Shown: positions 1 to 16,653 of the stretch, piece after piece
Layout of the letters: each line of letters starts with the position of its first letter
Position numbering within the stretch: position 1 is the first letter of the stretch
Assembly: GCA_043228905.1 (NCBI GenBank)
Contig: JBHGNT010000010.1
Span: 6,944,001-7,008,000, forward strand
Direction: 5' to 3'
From: Azolla caroliniana
Taxonomy: Eukaryota; Plantae; Polypodiophyta
DNA length: 64,000 nucleotides
Translations under genes and position numbers: made by a program
The notes under the pieces: generated by a model
The model's database searches: none
The model's input: the letters and a program-made list of their open reading frames with translations, nothing else
Told to the model about the DNA's origin: nothing

Positions 1-2424
1 CCGAAGCACAGACAGATCGTTCAAAGTTCGGACGTAGTGTTCAATGAGTCAACTATGCATAAGACGGTTGAAAAGGCCTATTACAGTCCAACCAGTAACT
101 TTTTCCGAAGTGCCGACCCTTCACGAAGGCCTAGCCCATAACACGATATTGGCTTCACGGGTAACCGAATCCTCAAGCCCCGACTCGACAATGCTCGACT
201 CGGAACAACCGAATGGTTCAGCTTTGGACCGTCCAAACTCAATACCCGATGCGACTAGTCCAGTCATACCTTGAAGATTCGAGACACTGTAGGAGCCCCC
301 GGAGAGGTACTCTCCTGGCATCTTCTTTACGGACGGTGGTGAACCGAAGTCATACAAAGAAGCATTGGCATCAGCCGATTCGGCCACATGGCATCTGGCG
401 ATGGAGTTGGAAATGAACTCCATTCAAGCAAACAAAACTTGGGACCTGGTTGAATTATCGAAAAATTGACACGCTCTTCTATGCAAGTGGGTCTACAAAC
501 TAAAAGAGACGTCCGATTCGGCCACCCCTAAATTCAAGGCCAGATTAGTAGAGAAAGGGATTCGACAAGAATATGGCGTCGATTTCGACGAAATCTTTTC
601 ACCAATGGTGAAAATGACAACCCTCCGCTTTATGCTCGGCGTAGTGGCAACCAAAGATTTGGAGCTGACTCAACTAGATGTAAAACAACATTCCTCCATG
701 GTGACCTACAGGAGGAAATTTATATGGAGCAGCCGAAAGGCTTTGTGGTATCTGGTCAAGAACATCTAGTCTGCGGACTCAAGTAGAATCTTTACGACCT
801 AAAACATGCACCGAGACAATGGTATAAGAAGTAGTGCCTCTTCACGAAAACAACTCGAGATGGGTTCCCCATCTTCCTCATCATCTACGTGGACGACATG
901 CTACTCTTTGGTCGGCATGCCGGAGAGCTCACCAAACTTGTTCGACAACTACGATTGAAGTTTTCCATGAAGGACCTTGGTCTAACAAGTCACATTCTCA
1001 GCATGAAGATCAATCGGAATCGAAATCGAAGATAGTTGTTTTTATCTCAATCTGACTACACAAGACCTGTCTTAGAACGCCTCAACATGCAATCGACAAA
1101 ATCTGCTTCGACCCCACTCCCCATTGGCATTCGGCTGTCTCAGCGAGACTGCCCGGCATTCGGTTCAGAGGGGGAAATTATAAAGTCAATATTGTATGCA
1201 CCAGCAGACGCTCCTTAATGTACGCAATGGTCACTACATGGCTTGACATTGCTCACGTCGTCAGAGTCGTTAGCAAATTCATGCACAATCCCGGTCGATC
1301 ACATTGGAACGTGGTAAAGCATGTGTTCAAATATCTAGTGGGCACAAAAGAATATGGCATCCTGTTCGGCCCGAATGACACTTTAGGCGTAGTCGGTTAC
1401 ACCGACTCGGATTTTGCCGGTTGTGTGGACAGTCAAAAATCGACAACCGGTTACTATTTCAAATTCGGCAATGGAGCAATCTCGTGGAAATTGAAACGTC
1501 TGGAGTGTAATGCTACATCAACAACTGAGGCCGAATACATAGCCGCATTGGATGCGGCGAAAGAAGCTTTATGGCTCGGTCAGATAGCATGCACGTTTCG
1601 ACAAGTTGAATTCAACTCGGCTCCAGTTGTCTATAGCGATAGTCAGGGCACTATTGCTTTGTCGAAAAATTCGGTTCATCACAACGCCTCCAAGCATATC
1701 GATGTTCGATATCACTTTGTTTGGGACTACGTCATTTCAAGGAAAATCCGCCTCGAGATGATATCTACAATCGACAATGTCGTAGACGGGATGACCAAGT
1801 GGCTTTCGGCGGATCGATTCCAATCCCTTTGGCACCAGATGTGCGTAACGAAGAATCAGTCCGAGTGAGTCGGACATTAAGGATGTTTTCGAACAATCTT
1901 TTTCAACAATTCGAAGATCGGCTGCAGGCCCTCTGATTTCAGCTAATTCAGCCTTCTATCTTTTCCTTCTCAGAGTTTACCGACTCGAACAAAAATCTGA
2001 TTTGTTCGAAAACTTTGTACACTTGTTTCGATACTATAGATTCTGAATGTATATGCCCATTACGGGGGAGTGTTGAATATGGGTCTCTAATGGACGTATT
2101 CACATTTGTCCCATTTGTACAAATTAGGTTTAGGTCATCTTTGTAAATATTAAGAAGGGCAGTTTCCCTAAGTCAATCATTATATAAACTGCCTTTGTAA
2201 CCTAGTTTGTGTGGTTGTTTTGTTTTTGTACATTGTGCCATTAGCCTTGAAAAATAAAGATTCATCTTGTGCCTACTTCTCTGCTCAATACGTCTAGCTA
2301 TCTCTTGATCTTGTTGATTGATTAAGTCATTTGTGGTTATCAATCTACTTTATATGCATCTGTCAATGATCACTTATCACATAGGAGTAATATTGTTAAG
2401 CACTAGATGGTCATGTTCTCAACA
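1..2424 (+). mobile_element. Ty1/copia LTR retrotransposon, 3' part (end of integrase region, RT, RNase H, PPT, 3' LTR), decayed
   Basis: Frameshifted copia RT motifs: CKWVYK at about 480-500, FSPMVKMTT at about 597-620, IYVDDML at about 883-903. RNase H ORF 1218-1868 (GYTDSDFAG...STTEAEY...KHIDVRYHF). PPT ACGGGGGAG at 2062-2070 directly precedes the LTR. Confidence 0.95.
2071..2424 (+). repeat. 3' LTR of the copia element (354 bp)
   Basis: Starts TGTTGA immediately after the PPT and ends TCAACA (6-bp terminal inverted repeat). TATATAAA at about 2181-2188. Confidence 0.85.
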
Positions 2425-5090
2425 GGTGTCCTAGACGAAACGTGATTTTGAAGTCATAGTCGGCAAGGAAAATTGACCATTGAGCTTGTTGACGATTCAA
2501 GGTGCGGGTAGAAGAAAATTAGAGAAGGTTTTTGTGGTTGGTTACGACCTGAACACGGTGTTGGTTCCCAGCTACGTAATGCCTCCATTCTTCAAACACA
2601 GAGATAATGGTTGCAAGTCCCTTGTCATAGATCGGGTAATTTATCTCAAGGGTTGTGAATTTATGTGAGTAGTAAGCTATTGGATGGTGTACCCCATCGT
2701 TGTCGGGTTGTGAGAGGATAGCGTCGATAGCAAAGTCTGACGCATCTGTTTCCACTATGAATGGCTTTGTTGGGTAGGGGTGAAGGAGTATTAGGGCAGT
2801 CATAAAGGGAGATTTAAGTGCCATGAATGCAGATTGTTTTGGCAATGTCCAACAGAAGGGTCGGTCCTTACGGGTGAGTGCAACCAATTGTTGCACCATT
2901 TTGGAGAACCCTTTAATAAACCGGTGATAGAAATTTGCAAAGCCAAGGAAGGATTGAACGTCTCTTACCTGGGTGGAAGGTTGTCATGCTTGAATTGCGG
3001 CCACTTTCCGTTGATCCATGGAAATACCATCGGGAGAGATGATGTAGCCAAGAAATTCTATAGAAGACTGCTCGAATGCGCATTTCTTATATTTGGTGTA
3101 AAGACCATGTTCCCGAAGTCTTGACAGCACTAGGTAGACATGCTGCTCATGGGTATCGAGATTCGAGGAGTAGATGAGGATATCATCTAGATAGACCACC
3201 ATGAATTGGTCGAGATACTCGCGGAAGATATCATTCATCATGTGTTGGAATATAGCAAGGGCATTGGTTAGCCCAAATGGCATGACATGATACTCGAACA
3301 ACCCGTATCGGGTTCGGAACATGATCATCCATTTGTCTCCCAGACGGATGTGCACTAGGTTGTAAACCCCTCATAGAACACTCGTCCGAGCCGAAGGCAA
3401 TCCAAAAGCAATCCAAAAGCTCTGGAATAAAAGGTAGTGGGTAGCGATTGCGGATCATTACCTTGTTAAGTCCTCAGTAATCGACACATAGACGCAAGGA
3501 GCCATCTTTTTGAACAGGATTGATGCCCCGGCCAGAGATTTTGAGTGATGGATGAAACCTTTTGCAAGTTTTCGTCGATGTATGCACGGAGCGTATCCAA
3601 CTCTAGCACGGATAACCCGTAGATGGGACCAAAGGGAGGACATGCACCGTCCTGGATGTCGATTGGATAGTCATACGGTCGATGCTTTGGCAGTCGATCC
3701 ACATTTCGTTTCTAAAAGACATCCGAGAACTCTCGATTTTTTGAAAGAATTGAGGTTGAATGTTTGATTGTAGTAGCAGCTTGAGTAAGATGGTCATCCT
3801 CAAGATTCACTTGACCATGCAAAGGGCCTATGTCGTGAACAACTTTGAAGTTATTGTAAGCTTTACCCATCCGAGTTGTGAAGTCGAGGGATTGCCTACA
3901 CCAATCCACAATGGGATTGTGCGTCACTAACCAAGACAACCCTAGAATGATAGGATGTCGAGGGGAAGAAATTAGATCGAACGCGATCGTTTCCCAATGA
4001 GATCCTATTATTAATGAGCTCTAGTGGAATCGTTTCTTCTATGATGGCACCCGACATGAGCGGTCATCCGTCAATCACCTTGACTAGAATAGGCTTTATT
4101 TTGACGACCTTAGGGATGGAGTGTGTATGGCCAAAGAACATGTCCATAAAATATGTCATGGTTCCAGAATCAAGTAGGGCGGTGGTGCATATCACCCGAG
4201 TCCCTATCTACAAGCTCACCAGTATCGTAAAACCATTTCGAGATGGCACCTCATGAATAGAGTTGATCATCTGACTAATGGAGCCCAACTGCATAGCTCT
4301 TACTGCACTTGGGCCCTCCCGTTTCTCGGTATGCGACTACCTTTCACCGAGCAAGAGGCAACAAGATGTCCAGATACGCCATAGTAGAAACACAAGTTGT
4401 TGTCTCGTCGATGTTGTCGTTGTGCACTGGACAACGATTAGGGCCCCACTTTATCCACTTCCATCGGCGTAGGTGAATTAATGGTTGGGACTTGGTTAGG
4501 GAGATATGGCGGGGTTGGAGATTGAGAGGAAGAAGGCCAGAAAGAAGAGGACCTACGCCTTATTGCCGGGGTCATACTCCTCTTGATGAAGCTCCAAGAG
4601 GCGGTTATCACAACGTACCACTTGTGTTATCGCTTCATGCAACGAGGTCGGCTCTGGAAAATTTAGTAATAAATTTTTTCCATCACCTCTCAATCCTCGA
4701 CGAAATTGATCACATAGGGCTTGATCACCCCAACCCACATCGTAGGCAAGTTGGCGGAATTCAGAGGCGTAGGTGGAGGTTGCGCAATTACTTTGTTGTA
4801 GGGAATAAATCTTAGTGAGCACAGCTCTTCGTCGGTCTGTCTCCCCAAAAGTAGCTTTAAACTCCATGAGAAAGGCTGGGAAATTTTCCAAAAGTGGTGA
4901 TGTTGTTTCCACCAAGGGAACAAACCCACGCCTCCGCTAGTCCCGTCAGCAACGAACCCAAGAGACCGACCTGGTGGAACCTTGTGGCATAACGATGAGG
5001 TTGTAGGTGGATGATGAGGCGGATCTGATTAAGGAAACCGCGTAGTCGTGCACGCGTTCCATTGAACTTATCGGGAAGGCTAACATGCAT
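2425..5090 (-). mobile_element. Decayed Ty3/gypsy internal fragment (gag, PR, RT, RNase H), Tcn1/sushi-like, cut by the copia insertion
   Basis: Gag LPDKFNGTRARLRGFLNQIRL and degenerate Zn knuckle CxxYxxxxHxxxxC (CFYYGVSGHLVASC) near 4350-4395. PR ALLDSG near 4170. [22 protein letters not shown]...YLDDILIYS (2984-3355). RNase H ETDASDFAI...YYSHK...EWRHY (2519-2899) and WSIFLADYDFKITFR abutting 2425. Many stops and frameshifts. Confidence 0.9.
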
Positions 5091-5788
5091 ATTTTTTTAC
5101 CATCCATATTGACATGCCAATATTAACCCACGAACATACATAAAGTTCTCTCGATGTTTGTCTCCTTCTCAAGCAGGGATATTCATGGTTTGTATCTCAA
5201 AGTTTGTATGTGTGAATAAAGCATACATATATGAGCTCAACCTTCTAAGGGATATCTTAAGAAGTATACACTCGAGTTCTCACTCCCTCTTCATGTCTCA
5301 TCATAGTTTTCACAAATTGCAGTATATGTTGAGCATGTAAAAAGCAAGTGATATTCATCCTCTACTAGGCCTTCATCACATACCTTACATGCCTTTATAT
5401 TTGAGGCATCTTGATGCCATGATGGAACTTCAATACCTAGCTTATGTGATCAAGTGCAAAGGAATGTAAGGCTCTACAAATAGTCATGTTGGTAATGAGA
5501 TAAGGTTGAATGCAAACAATAAACATTATTGCCTTATCTTGAATCAAATATTTAGGGTTGACATTTGCAAGGTAATATTCAAATTTTGTCATTTTTGCAT
5601 TTTCCAACTTTTCCTTAGTGGTTCCATTAACCTTTCCTGAATAGCTAAATATTGAATAGCATCACTTGAAAGCTTTAGGAGATCTCCAATACCCCATCTT
5701 TTAAACTAATATTTGATGTCAACTACCAAACTAGACTAAGGAATTTTGCTCTTATAATCCTTTTGTAGCTTATCTCTAACATTCCAAG

Positions 5789-6259
5789 TAACAATCGGCA
5801 ACGGTTCGGTTTGGTTTGAGAGTGTCAAAATCGAACCATTTAAAAATTTTGAAACTTGAACCGAACCGAACTTAACCATGAAACTATTAAACCGAACCGT
5901 TAAAAAAGTTTCAAACCGTAAAAACCGCAGTTTTGTGGTTTGGTATTGGTTTCCACTTAGGTCAAAATTCAAATTTAAAAATATTTCGTTATTTTAAATT
6001 TAAAAATTTTAAAAATTTAAAGATTTTCCTAAAATGTGAGAATAAGGCTTGAAAATGAAAAGATTGTTTAAAAACAAATTTTTACAATTTAAAAAAAAAA
6101 CAATAATAAACTGGTTAAACCGTAGTTTCTAATGTTGAAACCGAACCGAACCGTTAAAATAAACCTAAGCCTGAACCTGAACCAAACCAAACCATTTAAA
6201 CCGTTAAGCCACGGTTTCGCAGTTCGGTTCGATTCAAACCGAACCGTTGCCGACAGTTA
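5789..6259. mobile_element. Non-autonomous hAT-type DNA transposon (MITE), 471 bp
   Basis: 25-bp TIRs TAACAATCGGCAACGGTTCGGTTTG / CAAACCGAACCGTTGCCGACAGTTA with 2 mismatches. 8-bp TSD ATTCCAAG (5781-5788) / TTTCCAAG (6260-6267). Multiple subterminal AACCG/CGGTT motifs and an AT-rich core. Confidence 0.85.
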
Positions 6260-6687
6260 TTTCCAAGCAAGATGTGGTAATCTATGATTTGGCATGTTCT
6301 TGACTTTTGTAATGTATCTTCATACTCTTTGTAGTGCCAATATCTCTATGGGTCGAACACCTTTTGGAGAAAATGTAGGGAGAACTTTCTTCAAAAAACT
6401 AATCCATAATCAACTACAAATTTCCCAATTTAAACTTTTTGTGGATTCCCCAACCTATTTCATGGTCGGGAAATATACCCTTACTAATATTACCATCCGT
6501 AGACAATCAACGATGAAGTTTTCCAATTCATCTTTGTTTTCAAATTGCCCAAATTATTCAATAGTGGGGAAATATATCCCTACTAATATTACCAATATTG
6601 TTTGCTAGTAGCAAAATTGTGAAAATATATATTCTCATTGAACTCCCAAAATATCCCTACCCCCACCCCCTCCCTATATATGTAATT

Positions 6688-6724
<37 letters not shown>

Positions 6725-8580
6725 GAAATGAAGAATATTCTAAATAGAGATGGAATTTGGGAATTATATGAACATTGTCAATTGAGAAATTGTAGGCAAG
6801 GAGAAAAACATAAATTTTAACCAGAGATGGAGGAAATTTTACATTGTAAGAATATCAATCATTTTGTTATCATGCATGATTTTGTATGGATTGTGGATGT
6901 ATAAGTTGTGTCTGGTGTCGTAAGGCTCATGTATCATTGTGGAACTTGCCATCATGTATAAAACAAGCTCATTTTTAGTTTGAAAAATCTCACCATCCAT
7001 GTGCAAACCAAATGAAACCATATGAGAGGTAGGGAGATGGTGAAAGTTGAATCTTAAAATCATTGAATAGGATTATAAAGAAAATCAATCAAAGCAATGG
7101 GATTCACACTGAAGAAATCACCAAAGAGTGAGGAACCAATCAATTGAGCCATGACTAAGCTGGGTTGTCGAACTTTGGGTATAATGGGCCATTTCATATG
7201 ATATATCAACATACTTTGACATAGGTATATTGGGGCCATTCAAGCATGATACTCTCTTGGTATTTTAAGGTATGACCTTCTATTGGTAACTAGTTTAGGA
7301 AGAATTGAGTTTGATAATAAACTCTCTCTTGGTATTTTTAAGGGTTTGACACACCACAAATTCTTGTGCACAAGATTAGGATTTCATAGCTTTTGAATTG
7401 TTACGTCATGTGCGGATTTTTAATTCATGCATAGGGGCTCAATATAGGTATGCGTATGAGAGTTTGCCTCCTTTCTGCATTGTGTCCCACACAGACACAA
7501 ATGTAAGCTTAGGCCTACAACCTCGAGTATTATAAATAGTCTCCTAGAGGCATGCACATTTTCTTTTCATTTTTTTCCATATATATTTTACTTGCCAAAG
7601 ATACTAACTTTACAATTTGTACCTCGTCAACTGACAATGGGACTAGACTGCAATGGATTCCCCTTTGTACTTTCGTTTGAGTGTATTTCCATACAACATC
7701 ATGCCTATTGCTTTTTAATATAGTGTTTTTTCTCTTGAATGGATAAAGATCACGAATAAGGTTGCATACACGTTACACATATCATGTTTGGTGTGCAAGC
7801 ATCATCTTTGTAACATAAATAAATTCTTTATCTTTTGTTCATACTAGTAATGTCCAATCGAAAAAGCAATTTTTGAATGATTTGCAATCCTATTTTGAAA
7901 TACGAACCATTACATGGGCTAAACTTTGCAAATAAAATCACATAAACATTATGACATAAATGAATTTGTTTATTATTTTGTCTTTGATGGACAGAACGGA
8001 CTACTATTTTCTTGATAAGAATACGGCGGCAAATGCTATTTTAACATTCTTAAAGGAACTTTTAATAAGGAATGTTAAATGCCCAAATATAAAAATAAAA
8101 ACAATGCTTACAAAAGTAGAACTTGAAAAAAGGTCTATATTAATTTAAGTGGTTGGTGTTTCAAACCCCAATTGAGTTGCATATCTGATAAATACACGCA
8201 TTGCAACTTATAAATAAACATCTAAAAGTCATGCACCCTCATATTTCTATGCTATCCAAGAACATACAGATGTGGTTGTACAAATGTTTTGTTCCCAACC
8301 CAAGCGTTTGATGCAATAACATTTGCATTTAATGCTAAAATATGAAATGGATTTAAGTTCAATTATGACATTGTGTATTGAAACCCTAAGGTAGCAATAG
8401 CAAACATTAGATCCATGTTGAAACTAGTGTTGTGTGAGGAAGGGGAGTATGGTATATACGTTTCCATACCATGGACTATTATAGGTGCATGTTGGTTCGT
8501 CAAAAATTCCTCTGGAAGAAATTGGAGATGCTCATTTGTTACAAACAATATTCCTAGAAGCATTTGATGAGTTATATGTA

Positions 8581-8802
8581 GAAACCTCTCTCTATCAGAG
8601 AGAGAGAGAGAGAGAGATCTTTTTTTTTTTTCAAAGGACAAATATACCTCATGATGGACCAAAATTGAATCCTTTTTTCATGTTGTGGTTATGTGAAACC
8701 TCTCTCTATCAGAGAGAGAGAGAGATCTTATTTTTTTTTCAAAGGACAAATATACCTCATGATGGACCAAAATTGAATCCTTTTTTCATGTTGTGGTTAT
8801 GT
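8581..8802. repeat. Tandem duplication, 2 x about 110 bp, containing (GA)n and poly-T
   Basis: GAAACCTCTCTCTATCAGAGAG...GATGGACCAAAATTGAATCC...GTGGTTATGT repeated at 8581 and 8695. Confidence 0.9.
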
Positions 8803-9276
8803 GTAGTGACTCGTGACATTCGAGAGACAAGATCAAAGGGGGATGAGGGTAATAATCAAAACCATAGATTCAATGCTTGAAGACATTTGAGAGATTTGAT
8901 AAGATACAATACATTCATAGCCTCGATGAATCATGAAGTTGGGGTCCACCCCCCCCCCCCCCACCCCATGAAATGAATGACCCTTATCCACATGGGTGTA
9001 GGTTTGCAACGCATGCATTTTACTCATAACTTGCATGTTGCATGTGAGCATGATTAGGTAGGAAGGCTCAAGGAACCTCACCAAACACATGGTTGCAACT
9101 TGCAACAACCATGCATACATAAGGTTGGCATGGAATGGGTGCAATGAATAGAATACAATCGAACAGAAAAATATACCGTCCCCGATGAGACCAAATTTGA
9201 CGTATGGGACCAAAACCAACATATCATCTTGTATGTGACTCCTTCCTAAGAAGAGGGGTTACTACATGTGAACGTC

Positions 9277-9422
9277 GTAACTACATCTGTAACGCACCCG
9301 AACAGATCGCATGCTACACCTGAACTTTGGTAACTACATCTGAAACGCTCTTGAGCAGATTGCATGCTACATCTGAACTTCGGTAACTACATCAGAAACA
9401 CTCCTGGGTAGACTGCATGCTA
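9277..9422. repeat. 53-bp minisatellite, about 2.8 copies
   Basis: Unit GTAACTACATCTG..ACGC.C..G.CAGAT.GCATGCTACA.CTGAACTT.G at 9277, 9330 and 9383. Confidence 0.8.
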
Positions 9423-9715
9423 ACACAAATTGCCGATAGGCCATGTGTTTTTTTCAGGAGTTCTGGGATGTGTGTGTCTGGCCGGCCACGAGGGTGCTTG
9501 AAAGGGAAACCCTCTTGAGGCACATTTCGCCCCCACATACATACTTGTCTGTATGCCCCCCCCCCCCCCCCCCGGTGCCCGATCGAGTAGAATGCCTGGC
9601 AGCTTAAGCTAAGGCTTCGATCCGATTCGATTCGTGGCCGAGAAAGATACATAGGCATTTGGAGGATTGATTTGAGCTAAAAATGATTTGTATTGGTAGG
9701 TCCTCCTTAGTCATG

Positions 9716-9746
<31 letters not shown>

Positions 9747-10266
9747 AGTGGCTCCTAACATCACAGACCACAATAGTGTCTCTCCTTTGCCTGTCTGCTT
9801 TGACTTTGGATGGATTCTTCTTCTGCAGAAGATCAAGAAGTTCTCGTGGGCTTTTTGAATTGGTCTCTGTCCAAATTAGGGCTTCTGTGATTGTGGGCCC
9901 GAGAAGAAAGATTAAGTCAAATTGGGAAAAAGAAAGAGATGCTACACATCTCTGCACATTATTTACATATTTAAAGCTTCGCCCACAAACTAGAGCATAT
10001 GCATCTCTTAACATAACCCACATCTTCTTTCCTCCCCTCAATTCTCTCTGTTTCGGTTTTATTGGGCGAAGCTTATCAAACTTAGTTTCTCTGCTTTTCT
10101 ATTATTATCCCTGAGGCAAAAGGTACATAGATGCATTCTCTCAGGTTTGGTTGATAAGGAAAAAGATTATTGACCCTAATTCTCTCTGTATTGATCCCCA
10201 AAGAAGGTAAGAGGTTATCGATAATCTCTACATAGACCTAAGCTTTTTGTTTTCTCCACAAATACC

Positions 10267-14438
<4,172 letters not shown>

Positions 14439-15025
14439 CTTCTTTGGAAGAATCCTTGGAGAAGTTCCGAACGTGTTACAAATTCAGTGACATTTGAAAA
14501 ATTTGTGAAATGAGAAAGAGAGTGGATACGATCTTGCACAAGTCAATGCAATAGAGCTTAGTAAAAATAAGAAGCCTTCAAGCAGTTCACTCTATGCGCT
14601 TTCTCTTATTGCTTAGCTTGATATGTATCCATTGTTCTCTTTGCACTACCACGAAGCAAATAAAAAGGACATATATTACTTTGTGAGAACAAGACATTAT
14701 GCAAACATTACATTGAAACAGATTAAGAACGTCAATGATCTAAGTCATGTGAATACATTTCCTTAATTTACATGATCAAATTTTAAGCATCTAAAATTGT
14801 TTCTACCAAAGTTGGCTCTAAAATTGATTCCTAGACTCCAACATATAAACTCTATTCTATAGTTTTTTCCACCAACAAAGCAAACCATTACTCAGTGTGT
14901 ATTTTACATTTAACTTCAATGCAATCTTCTTCACAATTATACAAGTAAAAATGAAAGATAGTATATTGTGAATCATTTCCATCAAAATTTATAGTGCTAA
15001 AGATCTATTGAGTTTATAGATGTGG

Positions 15026-15149
15026 GATTAATAAGAGTGAGAGAGTATCTAAAACATCCATGTTGTAGCACAAGAGCCCTATTTAAAGATTAATAAGAAT
15101 GAGAGAGTATCTAAAACATCCATATTGTAACACAAGAGCCCTATTTAAA
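15026..15149. repeat. Tandem duplication, 2 x 62 bp
   Basis: GATTAATAAGA.TGAGAGAGTATCTAAAACATCCAT.TTGTA.CACAAGAGCCCTATTTAAA at 15026 and 15088. Confidence 0.9.
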
Positions 15150-15299
15150 TGCTACTTGTTTTCACATACATTTCATGAATATAATTGTGTTTTCACCAAA
15201 GACATTGATCGATAGATAGATTATTTATATTATCATCTTTGGAGGTCAAATATAAACTATGAGGCAAAAAATATTACATTTCACATAATACATGTGAAA

Positions 15300-16080
15300 T
15301 TCAGTTGCAACTATCAACGTTCAAGAACTTTACCAATGAATGTTGCCAACAAGAGTGCACATTGTGGTTGTGAGAGGAATTTGTGCAAAGATTGGGTTTG
15401 GTCAAAAATGTGCGGAAAGTATGGTCAAATATGATCAAAGGCAAAGCATTGTATTAAAGTGTGATGTTCAGACTCTTGAATTTGTTTAGGGCAAAGTGTC
15501 CATAGTCTCATCACTTGTGCCCCAAGGACATGTCTCACATTGCAATGCATGTGAGCTAAGTCACATGAAAGCAATGGTCTGAATGGTAGACAACGGGATG
15601 GGCTCTAACATGTATCGATGTGTACGATTTTCCTGTCCCACAAAGAATATGGTTTTGTAGTTAGGTGCAACAAGTGTAGTATAATGTGTGAGGCATGCAC
15701 CTCCACATCTGTCCCATGCTATGATTTCATTAATATTCTCGAAGGTCATTTTCGGAGAGCATCTTGGCAAGTGCGAATACTATCCAAGCTATCAAACACA
15801 TCCGGGTTTCAAAGAAAAGAAATGAGGCACTGCATCGTAATCTTTTCCGTCCTCAAAATCCAGGCTTTACAATAACATCTTGCACGTGTCTTCTTGAGAC
15901 ACAAGCTTGCAACCAATTTTGAGTACAAAGGAATTCCTAACATGTGACGAAGAAAAGCAGAGCAGGTGCACCTCTGGAGATGGGCAGGGCATGGAAGAAA
16001 AGTAGGCAATCATAAGGACCGTTCGCGAAGAACCATGGCAATGAAAGTGTGAGAGACATGGGAACCGCACTTCTCCACAT
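15300..16080 (-). mobile_element. Decayed non-LTR retrotransposon (LINE) 3' end with C-terminal CCHC region
   Basis: Minus-strand conceptual translation across stops gives IPLSTIQTIAFM*LSSHALQCETCPW...LWTLCPKQIQESEHHTLIQCFAFDHI*PYFPHIF. This matches the RLSSHxLxxETGRW...CxxC...ExExH...C motif of LINE ORF2 C-termini. Confidence 0.65.
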
Positions 16081-16653
16081 TGGGTTGTGATCATGCATAG
16101 TATGAACCATACATACCATACTTTTGTATTCATTATTTATTATAAGGTAAATGTTTTTTTTTAAGGTAAAGAAAGTGAAGGTAAAAAATGTAAACAAAAA
16201 ACACAAGAATGTTTTGATAACATACGCATTCGTTTGAATTCGTATGAAAAGGAATGTTTGCCAATGCATTCGAGTATATTACGTACTATGTTAGGCTTTA
16301 GCATGATTCCATGATATATGTATTCACTAAATTGTGTTAGAAGGGTTTATGAGAGGTTTTGGCTTTGCTCTGTTTTTGTTTGGAGGAGAGGGGTTGTGTG
16401 TATCTGATGAGAAAATTTGCTCTGTTTCTCTTCATCTTCTTCAGAATACTATCATGGGTCTGTGTATGCAGTAGAAGCATACCTGCTTTTCTACTTGCTG
16501 CTAGAGCAGAATGAGATGGAAAACAGGGCTTCAGAATTTGCTGTCACTAAGAAAGCCATAGACTCAACATTTGGCTAAAGAAGAAAGAAGGAAGAAGGAA
16601 AGAAATAACGAAGAAGAAACAAATATAATTGTTTTTGTTTCTCACTCCCGGAA

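Noticed and set aside
8802-9266. Solo LTR (TGTAGTGAC...GTTACTACA)
   Set aside because: The terminal inverted repeat is suggestive, but the 5-bp flanks (TTATG vs TGTGA) do not match and there is no second copy in the window.
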